A DNA stretch of 63,930 bases, filler included. It is 6 parts of 6 records of this genome, joined end to end, with 100 filler letters (N's around TTAATTAATTAA, not from the genome) between each part and the next. Parts side by side here need not be neighbours in the genome. Positions count along the whole stretch, not along the records: positions 13,220 to 25,573 come from SRR31147125_37566; positions 25,674 to 46,199 come from SRR31147125_37582; 4 more parts are not named here. One strand, given 5' to 3'. The stretch's first letter is position 1; the number at the start of each line of letters is the position of its first letter. Under the pieces are notes generated by a model that was not told where the DNA came from, made no database searches, and worked only from the letters and a program-made list of their open reading frames with translations. Below, in pieces: positions 21,901 to 31,547 of the stretch. The position numbers and the translations under genes were made by a program.

Positions 21901-22229
21901 GAGGTAAACTGAGCAGTCTGCGCAAGCTGTTTAACTTCAAACTGATATGTCCCTTCCTGTGCATATTTATTTATTGTGGCATTGAGTGAATTTTCATTGC
22001 TGGAAGCTGAGACATAGCTATTCCATAAATCTTCATCCGCAAGAGTCTCAACCTGATTGCTGAACTCCAGAAGAAGAGTATTAACTGTATTATAAGCTTC
22101 CTGATCAACCTGATACTCAACCTTCTCAACTTCCATATCATCGATCTGCCCCTGATAAATGCTCAGTGTTGCATCAATAATTGATTGAGTATCAAATCCT
22201 GAAATAATTCCACCTATACCATCAGCCAT
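18963..22229 (-). CDS. fliD: Flagellar filament cap protein FliD, enlarged (~1090 aa), with a discoidin-like insert
   Basis: GIISGFDTQSII, YQFEVKQLAQ, IINDGTTYSPYRL, MVDSYNEV, GLLYGDS and AQYNAME motifs; likely start ATG 22229. Confidence 0.92.
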   Translation of the reverse strand: MADGIGGIISGFDTQSIIDATLSIYQGQIDDMEVEKVEYQVDQEAYNTVNTLLLEFSNQVETLADEDLWNSYVSASSNENSLNATINKYAQEGTYQFEVKQLAQTAQFTSVGFSENDTAVSPLEEGIITLDSAKASLAQSTDTSVLNNGVGVSAGVIEITDSKGSVAKIDLSSAITVDDILEGINNCTDISVTVSVSDDGDGLLIEDCAGGSGALIIKDVDSTTAEDLGILGVSDSGIIDGDCIYGLGDNTVLDQLNDGLGVNDGVAGTIVISDGTDTWEVDLAKCNNLGQVAMFIGEETEGAVTIDYSDDGLSLVAGLISGSGSLSISDYSGSDTTASDLGLVTSAGGGSYKGSKIFAGINTFQLSSISGADGSGLDGLAGSYNSGEVSFTAEFDDASSIDFNLSGLAEDDTLNSLITELNTQAGGTLTFSLNAASNGLEVKNAAGSSVEFIDQSSTLATDLGFTGFEVAGGESMDCADLDLKYISSATSLDSLNNGSGVEAGSFILTDANGFSDEIDIEGADTIGEVVERINAATLDVEARVNDTGDGIIIESTDLSATGTISAQEVSGGSSAADLGLARDSTVDSSGNAILNGSFEVTVSVSDSDSLTDVMDKINEQTSYTASIINDGTTYSPYRLAIASEDSGQASNFIMDSSIDSLSFSQTTMGQDSLLLYGDSNTGSEPVLLRSDTNTNNSAIIGITLDMAAVTDDPVSITVSRDSEGISDTIQAMVDSYNEVVSTIQTLTTYLTPEEIAYNEENSITTSTGLLYGDSSTKNIELELQSYFSYVAEDNSSLRTFTDLGISFDLEEVEDDDGNVSYSTLLAFDAEDFEELLDSDFDEVAEFFYDKSDVALASKGASISIAGSPADGFSSSNLINGKTSSEDFGENNGYQAGDTISSGDNRITVSYDEPVLLDYLTIYHIDSEEMPADEYALSDFTVEYLDSSTNEWVTLREVDGNTSSYTVIGTSEPVSASAIRINAEATNADDDIMRLVEIDCIAESGAASSLNANMQSIFDYEYGYLASRTDYVDAITEELDGSIESMTELMEAKEAVLWAQYNAMEQTLASLESESSYVNATISGTSSDS

Positions 22230-22309
22230 TCTATTCTCGCATATTCTTTTAATAACTCCCGCCAACACATTAATAGTGTCAAAAAATAATAATCGGTAAC
22301 ATAAAAAAT

Positions 22310-22338
22310 AAAAAAAGGTTACCCTTTAGGGTAACCTT
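22310..22338 (-). terminator. Terminator-like hairpin between the ECF sigma gene and fliD
   Basis: Perfect 10-bp stem AAGGTTACCC-TTTA-GGGTAACCTT with A/T tracts on both sides. Confidence 0.7.
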
Positions 22339-22367
22339 AAAAAATAATCCTTTTTTTTACTTAAGCT

Positions 22368-22940
22368 TTATAAACAATAATTAATCACTGCTTCATAATC
22401 TTCACGCTTATCACTGCAACAAACATATTTTTTTATTTTATTTTTTGCTCTAAAGACTCTCATCTTGACCATCCCCTTATTCCAAAGCATTCTCTCAGCT
22501 ATTTCTTTTACAGTAAGTTCTTCGACATAAAGCAGAGTAAGAGCCATTCTATCTTCAGGATTCAATAAATTCAACAGCTCTTTGAGCAATACAGAAGCAC
22601 CATGCCTATCGCAATAATTTACATCATCTACAGGAAAGTCCCAGCCTTCGATAGAAAAGTGCTGTTTTTTCTTTTTCATTTCCCTGATGTAGTTACACCC
22701 CATATTACTGGCAATACGTCTGAGCCAATGTATAAACGGTGCTTTGGCCTGATAATTTTTTAAACTAAGAAACGCTTGAACAAAAACCTCATGAGCTAAT
22801 TCTTCTGCCTCATGAGCATTATCAACATACCAATAAACTTGTTTAAAAATTATCTGCTGATATTTATCTACGATTTTGCTATAAGCATCAACATCCCCAT
22901 CCAGACATGACTGGATTATAGTATAATCGATATCTTTCAC
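22368..22940 (-). CDS. ECF-family RNA polymerase sigma-70 factor
   Basis: Region 2 AEELAHEVFVQAF...FIHWLRRIASN; region 4 LNPEDRMALTLLYVEELTVKEIAERM...VKMRVFRAK. Confidence 0.9.
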   Translation of the reverse strand: MKDIDYTIIQSCLDGDVDAYSKIVDKYQQIIFKQVYWYVDNAHEAEELAHEVFVQAFLSLKNYQAKAPFIHWLRRIASNMGCNYIREMKKKKQHFSIEGWDFPVDDVNYCDRHGASVLLKELLNLLNPEDRMALTLLYVEELTVKEIAERMLWNKGMVKMRVFRAKNKIKKYVCCSDKREDYEAVINYCL

Positions 22941-23334
22941 CCGAGAATCTTTCTGAAATATGATTGGTAGTAAAACAAGCTCTGTGATCCATCACATACC
23001 TATTTTGAGATTTTCGTCAAAAGTCATCCATTAACTTTAATAAATCCATCTATTATTTCTTACAGATTATTTTCGGGTTTTCTTGCAACTATTTCAAATT
23101 ACAAAAAGTTTTTTTCTCATTTAGTTAAATTTTAACGAATCATTATTTTTATTATATTTTTTTGTTACCAGACCATCATCTTAAACACTAGGAAAGTAGG
23201 AAAACTTTATAACGAGATCGGTTTGATTGAATATTTTTGATCACTGCAAACAAATTTTTTTTGTTTTGTCAGATTTTAAATATTTTAACCATCTGCAATT
23301 AAGAAAGGAGAAAAACGTTACTGAATTAATTCCT

Positions 23335-23439
23335 GCTGCCGGGACAAATAAACAGGCAGCCCTTTTTATTGTCAGGTAAGACAATACTTATAGCAAGGAA
23401 GCTATATTGGATTTTTTATTTTTTATGTTCATGGAGGAC
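23335..23439 (+). promoter_or_regulatory. Structured fliC leader with putative CsrA sites
   Basis: Hairpins GCTGCC/GGCAGC, ATTGTC/GACAAT and TATAGC-AAGGAA-GCTATA (23389-23406); ATGGAGGA at the SD. Confidence 0.6.
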
Positions 23440-23444
23440 AAATT

Positions 23445-25573
23445 ATGAGTTTATCAGTACAGACAAATGTAAGTGCAATGAATACTACCCGCTGGTTGGA
23501 TGTAAACCAGAGCAACATGGAGGGTAGCCTAGCCAAGTTATCAAGTGGTTATCAGATCAATACCGCTTCAGATGATCCTGCAGGTCTGGTTATTTCTGAA
23601 CAATTACGTTCCCAGATTGCCGGTTTAAAACAGGCGGTTGACAACACTCAGGAAGCTATGAATGTTGTCGGTATTGCCGAGGGTGCTCTCAATGAAATGA
23701 ATTCAATTCTCATTGATATGAATGAACTTGCATTGCACGCAGCAAACAGCGGTGTTACCAGCTCAGACCAGGTCATAGCCGACCAGGCTGAAATGGATTC
23801 AGCAGTTCAGACAATTGACCGTATCGCTAAAACCACAAAATACAGTGATACAAGCCTACTCAATGGTTCACAGGAAGTAAGTTATGATGCCAACACTCTT
23901 GTAGATTCCACCGAAGATAATGCTCTTATCAATGAAGATATGACTCAGATCTATCAGATATCAAATCTCGACCAATCAATTAATATCTCATATAGCGGAG
24001 CAGCTCTGGCTGCAGACGGTTCTACTATTGCTGATTCAACTTCTTCTTCACAGAAAGCGGTTGTCGAAGCAACCAGCACAACTTCAGGTGTTGACATTGC
24101 GACTACAGGAACATCAATAAGTGCAGACCTTGTTTTTTCGGTCACTGGCAACTCAGGTTCTGAGGAGTACAGTTTTGGTGAAGGGCAGGAGCTCGGTACA
24201 ATTGCTCAGACTATCAATTCTGATTCAGAATCTACAGGCGTTGCTGCACAGCTGATCTTTGACAGCACAGTCACTGGTGTAGAGCAGAATCAGTCTTTTG
24301 ATTACAGCGCCACCTCAGGAACGTTCAGTCATTCTACTGGAGAAATAAGTGCTTATGAGATGGACAAGGACTTTGAACAGACAACTGATTTTTCAGTTAC
24401 CGAAGGCAGTGTCACAGGTAACGTAACTGTAGGAGAAAATACAGATGCGGATGGCTGCGTATACCTGAAATTTAACAGTGCTACTGATTACACAATTTAT
24501 AAAGATGCTGAAATGACTATGGACGTCGGTACAGGTTCTACCGGTTCAGCCAGTACAGAACTCAACAACTCCGGGCTTTCCATCAATATTTCAACAAACG
24601 GTACTGTTGAAGCAAGTGACGTTGTAAAGCTTCAAATAGGAACAACGACAGAAATCAACACCACCGCTCACGACGCTGGAACAAATACCGCCGGACTTGC
24701 AATAACCAGCGAATCAACCACTGGCACAGCGATGGACGGTTCCTCATTAACCGGCATCAGACTAGGCGAGAATACTGATGATAACGGTAATATATATATG
24801 CAGACTGTAGAAAATGGCGATGGCACGATAACAGTCAATTTATATAATGACAGCAGTTGCGAAGACAATTCATTAATGGCTTCTGGCAGCACGACAGACA
24901 ATGACGCAGCAACTGGTGAAATTGTTGAAGTCTATGCTGTCACAGGTGATGGAGACGCTAAGACCACTGGACTATACGGGGCAATCAATGTCAATACAGA
25001 TGCGGTTGACGGCAATAATACATCCACCTATTCCAGCACTATTTCTGCAGATGATCTGGGACTACGCCTTTACTCTACCGATTATGGTGATGATGCATTT
25101 GTTTCTGTTGAAGCCAGTCAGGGTGCACTCTTCACTGATGACAACAACAAACTTGTCGATAACAGTAATGATTATACCGACCACGGGCAGGATGGCTCTG
25201 TAACTGTAAACGGTACTTCATATGAACTTAATTCCGACCTTACCGCTTCTGTTTCAACTACTGATCTCAATACGGATCTGATTATGAATGAAGGTAAACT
25301 CGGTGCGACGACTGTAGCAGTAGCTGGTTATGATCAGGGAGCTATAAGCTCCAAGGGTGGTGCGACAACCGATACCAGCAACCATGCGACTCAGGCTATG
25401 AGTAACACTTCCGAGACATTGGAAGATCTTACAGGCGGTATGAACCTCCAGATCGGAGAAGGCACATCAAATGACGAATCAACAGTAATAAGTATCCAGT
25501 CAATGACTGCCTCAGATCTTGGTAAAGTAAGTATAGTTGATGATTACGACGGAGATGGCATCGAGGAAGCAAA
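23445..25573 (+). CDS. fliC: Large flagellin (>700 aa, truncated by the contig end)
   Basis: MSLSVQTNVSAMN...KLSSGYQINTASDDPAGLVISEQLRSQI...IAEGALNE...IDRIAKTTKY. Confidence 0.95.
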
Positions 25574-25673
25574 NNNNNNNNNNNNNNNNNNNNNNNNNNN
25601 NNNNNNNNNNNNNNNNNTTAATTAATTAANNNNNNNNNNNNNNNNNNNNNNNNNNNNNNNNNNNNNNNNNNNN
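25574..25673. other. Artificial contig spacer
   Basis: N44-TTAATTAATTAA-N44. Confidence 0.99.
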
Positions 25674-26573
25674 CCCCGTGGAGAAACCCGATTCGATGTT
25701 GTTTCTCGTCATCAGACTGAAGGTGTGTTTTTTATACTTGTAGGCCATCCATAGATCCCCGTGGCCGTAATAATCCGTTATATCCGGATTATCATCGTTA
25801 TCTATTTCCTCTTCGATGCGGACCCACGGGCGCAGCATGAACGCGAAATTTCCCCGTTCAAACCCGAAGGCGGCGTAGACTCTGTTCCAGCTGCGGGACA
25901 GCGTCCCGGACTGGCCGTTCGACATATGGTTGATCCCGATGCTGCTCACCGTGTTCTTGAAACCGAGAGCCTCCCACTCCGGCCTTACCTGCAGCCAGAT
26001 CTCCGGTTCGTAGTTGGTTTCCCTGAACGGAGATGATACCTCGGAATTGTACAGCTGCCAGAACGATTTGACAGTATAGGCGGCAAAGATATCGAGGTTC
26101 TTGTCAAACAGGTCAACGGCCAGTGGCAACTTGACGCTGAGCTGAAACTGGACCTCGGTATCATCCACGTCGACATCATCCCGATCATATGCCTCCTGAT
26201 ACCGGCTCGAATCCCATCCCTGGAAGTTGTGAGCGCCGAGGAGGATATAATTGTTATGGTGGGACATCAGCGTGAACGGTTTGAGAATATTCGACTTATC
26301 TACATTCAGCCGCTCTTCCACCAGGCCTACCGTCTCACTCCCTTCTCTGTCGTCCTGTCCGTCTGCGCGCTCTGCCGCAATCGTTGCTTCACACCGGTCG
26401 CGGGCCTCCCCCATCGTCAACTGGTCGGGGGCGGTTCGCATGAGCTCAAGCAGGCAGTCCGTCTGGTCCGCTTCTCCACTCTCCGTGGCACAAGATGCAC
26501 GAACGGGCAGAATCAGAGCAGCCAGCAGGAAAAAAACTTTCAGGCTATTACTCTTAATCATGAAACATCGCAT
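25674..26573 (-). CDS. pldA: Outer-membrane phospholipase A (3' end truncated)
   Basis: EVQFQLSVK, SSPFRETNYEPE, catalytic HMSNG, SRSWNR and DNPDI motifs; AGGAG before ATG 26573. Confidence 0.92.
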
Positions 26574-26650
26574 GAAACATCTCCTGTGCAACAGACTTGG
26601 TAAAAGATGGATCCTTACCCGGATACCGGGGAAGAATAGAATGAAGAACT

Positions 26651-27676
26651 TTATTTCACAGCCTCAAGGAAAGAGTTGAGCAATTGTTCGCCATCGGCAC
26701 CGAACTTCTCGACAATCAACTTCTTGACCTGCGGTACAGCCGCTTCTTTAAATACCTGCCTTTCTTCGACAGTCAGGGTGTTTACTTCCATGGTCTTGGA
26801 AAGCTCCACGAGACCGCGAGCGGAGGCCTCGATTATCCGGCCCATACCGCGCCCGGCAACGATCGCTGATTTAGCGGCATTAGAGACCACCTCTTTTTCA
26901 CTGTCAGACAGAGAGTTCCAGAAGTCAGCGTTGACAGTCCACACGTACGGCGCGAAGATATGCCCGGTAAGGGTCAGGTATTTCTGGACTTCCTGGAACT
27001 TCGCGAAAGCGATGATCGGGATCGGGTTCATCTGGCCGTCCGCAACGCCGACCTGCAGGGCGGTGTAAACCTCAGACCAGGAAATTGCCGCCGGCTGACC
27101 GCCCATGGCCGTGATGATGGCCTTGTGGGTGTCGAGTCCCATCGTCCTGATCTTCAGGCCTTCCATATCGGCCGGGGTGTGGATCGGTCGCTTGGAGTTG
27201 GTGATATGAAAGAACCCGCCCGAGTCGCCGAATCCCAGCACGTGCAGGCCGGTCTTCTCTTCGATGTCCGCGGCCAGCTCGGCCCCGAACGGTCCGTCGA
27301 ACACTTCATAGGTCTTGCTGATATCCGGGAACGCAAACGGGATGTCGAGGATACCGATCAGCGGATAGACGGATGCAAACCCGCCGACGGCATGAATACC
27401 GGACTGGATAACACCACCTTTGACCTGCTGTACCGCATCCTTGTCCTTGCCCAGCTGTCCACTCGGAAAGCTCTGGACGGCGACACTGCCGTTCGTTCCC
27501 GCTTCAACAAGGCTCTTGAAGACCGTCGCCATCGCGCCGGTCGGGTTGTCAAATGGATCATCCTTGTTCAGATGATGAAGCTTGATGGTTTTCTCGGCAA
27601 CTGCCGTCCCCGAGAAAGCGACAGCCGCCATCAGCGCAAGAACAAGTAAAGCTGAAAATCGTTTTACACCTTTCAT
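26651..27676 (-). CDS. TRAP transporter substrate-binding protein (DctP family)
   Basis: FPSGQLG, GLKIRTM, WSEVYTALQVGVADGQMNP and EVQKY motifs; signal peptide; GGAGGG before ATG 27676. Confidence 0.92.
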   Translation of the reverse strand: MKGVKRFSALLVLALMAAVAFSGTAVAEKTIKLHHLNKDDPFDNPTGAMATVFKSLVEAGTNGSVAVQSFPSGQLGKDKDAVQQVKGGVIQSGIHAVGGFASVYPLIGILDIPFAFPDISKTYEVFDGPFGAELAADIEEKTGLHVLGFGDSGGFFHITNSKRPIHTPADMEGLKIRTMGLDTHKAIITAMGGQPAAISWSEVYTALQVGVADGQMNPIPIIAFAKFQEVQKYLTLTGHIFAPYVWTVNADFWNSLSDSEKEVVSNAAKSAIVAGRGMGRIIEASARGLVELSKTMEVNTLTVEERQVFKEAAVPQVKKLIVEKFGADGEQLLNSFLEAVK

Positions 27677-28115
27677 GTTTCCCTCCTGTTCTTTGACACC
27701 CGTGGTGCCGTTGTTGTTCATTTCCATGGATTCGAACCGAACTGGCCAACAACCTGCCGAAGATACCGGGACCGCGGCAAACGAGAGCCCCCACTGGTCC
27801 ATAAATTCAGCTTTAATACCAGTATCTTGTGACAAGGTTTAGAGAATCAGTCAAACTAATACCGTTGCTAGACGAATGCATTTCAACAAAGATGTCAACC
27901 ACCCACTGACTGGAACATAACGTCTAAACAACTTTGTTAGACACTCTCCCGCCCCAGTCAATCTCAATTTGCATCGTAATCAAATGTAATCCAACTGTCT
28001 CCTCCTCAGGGAGCACGCACCTTGAATATTTCAACGTACCCCCGGTATTGAAATATTGTTTTCCTGTGCTTCTTTCAGTACGTTTGCAACTTTGTTTCAA
28101 TTCAAGGAGGAATGC

Positions 28116-29738
28116 ATGGCTACAGTCGCACAGATGATGATCCAGACTTTGAGGGATCTGGGCATTAAATATATTTTCGGCGTACCCAGCGGAAACTGGG
28201 TCGATTACCTCACCGCGATCCAGGATGCGGACGACATCGAGTTCATTCTGGTCTCCAATGAAGGGAGTGCCGGTTTCATGGCGGATGTGTGCTGGCGCCT
28301 GACCGGTCAGCCGGCTGCCTGTTTCGGAACGTTTGGTCCGGGGGCCTGCAACCTCACGACAGGGGTGAGTGGCGGATACCTGGACCGATCGCCGATGATC
28401 GCGTTCACTGACGAAATGAACGATGCGATGCGCGGACGTATCACACAGATGAACATCGACCACCAGACACTCTTTACGCCTGTTACCAAATGGACCACCC
28501 GCCTCGAACCTGGAACCATCAGGAAAACCCTGTTTCAGGCGTTCGAGATTGCAACTGCCGAGGTTCCGGGACCGGTTCATGTTGGCCTGCCGGTCGGGAT
28601 AGGGATAATGGATAATCCCGTGGAGCCGGAACTCAGCCTCTCCAACCCGAAAACATCCGCAGCAGATACAGGCTCCCTGGAAAAAGCGGCTGCGGTTGTG
28701 TCCGCGGCGAAAAAGCCGGTGATAGCGATGGGTATTACCGCGGTAAGATCAGGTATCCGGGATCTGGTCATCAGATTCGCAGAGACCCAGGGCATTCCGG
28801 TGGTCCTCACGCCGATGGCCAAGGGGATGCTGCCCGAAGACCATGCGTGCTACGCCGGCATTCTAAATCACGCACTCGGCCCCCTGGTTGGAGAGACGCA
28901 CCAGCAGGCTGACCTCGTTATCGGGATCGGCTTTGACCCGGTGGAACTCAATTACGAAGACTGGATCCCCGATGTACCGGTGGTGCACGTTGACAGCACT
29001 CCCGCAGATCTGGACCGGAAGCATTATACCCTCGCCTGCGACGTCGTCGGAGAGCTCAAGTCTTCTGTCGAGCACCTGATTTCCGCTGTATCATGTCAGA
29101 CGCAATGGGACCTCGACGCACTTGCGCAACGCAAACAGCATATGTTTTCCGAACTCAGCGCCGAACACGGACATTTCGGCGCGGTGACGGTTCTCAACGA
29201 ACTGCGGGAGATTCTCCCCGAAGACGGAATCATGACCTGTGATGTGGGCGCGCACCTGCACCTGATCGGTCAGCACTGGAAAACCGGAACGCCGGATTGC
29301 CAGCTGATGACCAACGGCTGTTCGTCCATGGGGTTCGCTATTCCGGCCGCAATCGCTGCCAAACTGAGCGTTCCGGAACGGCAGGTATGCTGCGTTGTCG
29401 GCGACGGCGGGTACTACATGATGGCCGGTGAAATGGCAACGGCGCTCCGCAATAACCTGCATGTGGTCTTCGTGGTGGTGGTTGACGCCAGCCTCTCACT
29501 TATCCGTATCAAACAGGAAAAGAAAAATCACGGGGAATACGGCGTTGCACTGAGTAAATCCGTACACACACACGGCGAACCGAACAATCTTTTCGGGGTC
29601 CCGGTCTATACGGTGGATGACAAAGAACAATACTGCCGGGTTCTGGAGACAGCGTTCTCAGCAGAGGGGCCGGTGATTATTGAAGCGTTAATCGATACCA
29701 GAGATTATGACAATCTCGTTTTAAAAGGAAATAAGTGA
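28116..29738 (+). CDS. Thiamine-diphosphate enzyme, acetolactate synthase large-subunit-like
   Basis: IFGVPS, NEGSAGFMA, TFGPGACN, SMGFAIPAAIAA and the GDGG ThDP motif; AAGGAGG before ATG 28116. Confidence 0.88.
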   Translation: MATVAQMMIQTLRDLGIKYIFGVPSGNWVDYLTAIQDADDIEFILVSNEGSAGFMADVCWRLTGQPAACFGTFGPGACNLTTGVSGGYLDRSPMIAFTDEMNDAMRGRITQMNIDHQTLFTPVTKWTTRLEPGTIRKTLFQAFEIATAEVPGPVHVGLPVGIGIMDNPVEPELSLSNPKTSAADTGSLEKAAAVVSAAKKPVIAMGITAVRSGIRDLVIRFAETQGIPVVLTPMAKGMLPEDHACYAGILNHALGPLVGETHQQADLVIGIGFDPVELNYEDWIPDVPVVHVDSTPADLDRKHYTLACDVVGELKSSVEHLISAVSCQTQWDLDALAQRKQHMFSELSAEHGHFGAVTVLNELREILPEDGIMTCDVGAHLHLIGQHWKTGTPDCQLMTNGCSSMGFAIPAAIAAKLSVPERQVCCVVGDGGYYMMAGEMATALRNNLHVVFVVVVDASLSLIRIKQEKKNHGEYGVALSKSVHTHGEPNNLFGVPVYTVDDKEQYCRVLETAFSAEGPVIIEALIDTRDYDNLVLKGNK

Positions 29739-30778
29739 TGCGAACAATACGAATAATTCTCTGTGGATGCGGCGGTGTCGGAAAAGAGTTTCTGCAACTC
29801 CTCGCAGACCGCAACGTTGCTATTAGTGCAAAGTATGGATTCAAGCCGATACTGACCGCTGCCACCGACCTCAAAGGAGCCGCGCTGGCAGAATCGGATC
29901 AGGGTCTGCCCGTCGCGGACCTGGTCGAATACCTGAAAGCCGGCAACCAAGTGCAGAATTTCCCCCGGTTCGGCAAACCTGGACTCTCCGGTGCAGAGAT
30001 CATTGCCCTAGGAAGCGCAGAGGTCATCATCGAAGCGACCCCCACGGATCTCTCGGGTGGCGGCGTCGGCAAGGACCACGTATTCGGGGCCATCGACCAG
30101 GGAATGGAGATCGTCAGCGCCAACAAAGGCCCTTTCGTTCTGTTCTATGAGGAATTGGCGGAAAAGGCGGCAGCACAGGGCGTCGGCCTTCACATCAGCG
30201 CTGCTACAGCCGCAGCACTCCCGACGCTTGACGTCGGTCTGACCTGTCTTGCTGGAACCCGGGTTCTTTCAGCCGAAGGCATTTTGAACGGAACGACCAA
30301 CTACATCCTGACCCAGATGTACCTGAACGGCACGAGCTATGATGCGGCCTTGCAGGAGGCGCAGCGACTGGGTATTGCGGAAACGGACCCGAGCTACGAC
30401 GTGGAGGGCAAGGACAGCGCCAACAAGATCGTCCTGATCGCCAACCGCGTGTTCGGGCTGAAAGCCAGCCTCAGCGATGTATCCGTGCAGGGAATAACAG
30501 CGGTTACGCCGACTGACATCGACAGTGCGAAAACTCAGAGTAAGGTAATCAAGCTGATCGCGCAGGTGCAACGTGACGAAAGTGAGTATCGCCTCAGCGT
30601 CGAGCCGAAGGCTCTCGACCAGAACCACCCGCTGGCAGCGGTAAACGGCTCGGAAAAAGCGATCACCTATGACACCGACACGATGGGCGGCATCACGGTC
30701 ATGGGGGGTAAAAGCTCACCGGTAGGAGCCGCCGCGGCAATGCTGAAAGACCTGATCAACGCGTTTAAAGCCGGATAA
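29735..30778 (+). CDS. Homoserine dehydrogenase (short form without ACT domain)
   Basis: GCGGVG, VSANKGP, GILNGTTNYIL, AQRLGIAETDPSYDVEGKD. Confidence 0.85.
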   Translation: MMRTIRIILCGCGGVGKEFLQLLADRNVAISAKYGFKPILTAATDLKGAALAESDQGLPVADLVEYLKAGNQVQNFPRFGKPGLSGAEIIALGSAEVIIEATPTDLSGGGVGKDHVFGAIDQGMEIVSANKGPFVLFYEELAEKAAAQGVGLHISAATAAALPTLDVGLTCLAGTRVLSAEGILNGTTNYILTQMYLNGTSYDAALQEAQRLGIAETDPSYDVEGKDSANKIVLIANRVFGLKASLSDVSVQGITAVTPTDIDSAKTQSKVIKLIAQVQRDESEYRLSVEPKALDQNHPLAAVNGSEKAITYDTDTMGGITVMGGKSSPVGAAAAMLKDLINAFKAG

Positions 30779-30791
30779 GGCGGCTGCATTT

Positions 30792-31529
30792 CTACAGGGG
30801 CTGGAGGGTGACGATACACTTCAGCCCCGCCGGCATTTTCCTGCCCGGATTGGGCAGCTCCAATCGAACGCCGAAGGTGCCGCTGGCTGCATCGATCACC
30901 TTGTCGACCATCGTCACCTGAGCAGCAAACGTGCCGCCCACCGGCTCCTCAAGCTTAACCTGCCCCATCTGGCCTTCCTCGATCGCACCGTAATACGCCA
31001 CGGGAACCACCAGCTCCACCGTCAGCGGATCGATGCGCGCCACCGTCAGAAACGGCTCCTCCCCCACATATTCTCCCGGCGAACCCATCCGTTCTACCAC
31101 GATGCCGTCAATTGTCGAACGGATCGTTCTCAGTTTCAACCGCTCCTCGGCCTCAGCGAGTTCCAGCTTCGCCAGCTGGATCTCGGTCTGGGTTTCATCC
31201 TTGTGATGAACCGACATCAACTGCTTCTGGTAGAGTCGCTGGTTGCGCTCCAGTTTTCGCTCGTTGAATTCGACCCGCGCCCGGGCCAGATCCACCGCGG
31301 CCAGCTCAACCCCTGATTTGAGCTGCGCCAGAACCTGGCCTTTTTTCACCTGGTATCCGCGATCAACCATCACCTTTTCCAGTATTCCCGGGACATGACT
31401 GCTGAAGTCCACGAGGTCCCGGGGTTCCACCAGGCCCTCAAACGGCGGCAATTCATCCGCCAACACCCCGGTCGGAGCCAGAATCAGAATACAGAAAACC
31501 GCACACAGGGCACTGAGCCAATAGTTCAT
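30792..31529 (-). CDS. Periplasmic adaptor / membrane fusion protein (RND-MFP type)
   Basis: Signal peptide; lipoyl halves (VPGILEKVMVDRGYQVKKGQVLA / IRSTIDGIVVER); coiled coil; IDAASGTFGVRLELPN. Confidence 0.88.
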   Translation of the reverse strand: MNYWLSALCAVFCILILAPTGVLADELPPFEGLVEPRDLVDFSSHVPGILEKVMVDRGYQVKKGQVLAQLKSGVELAAVDLARARVEFNERKLERNQRLYQKQLMSVHHKDETQTEIQLAKLELAEAEERLKLRTIRSTIDGIVVERMGSPGEYVGEEPFLTVARIDPLTVELVVPVAYYGAIEEGQMGQVKLEEPVGGTFAAQVTMVDKVIDAASGTFGVRLELPNPGRKMPAGLKCIVTLQPL

Positions 31530-31547
31530 AGAAATCTCCTCTCTCTC

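Noticed and set aside
22298-23429. Identical 18-mer TTTTTTATTTTTTATGTT upstream of both fliD (minus) and fliC (plus)
   Set aside because: Low complexity in AT-rich DNA, different distances to the start codons, and one copy is a terminator tail.
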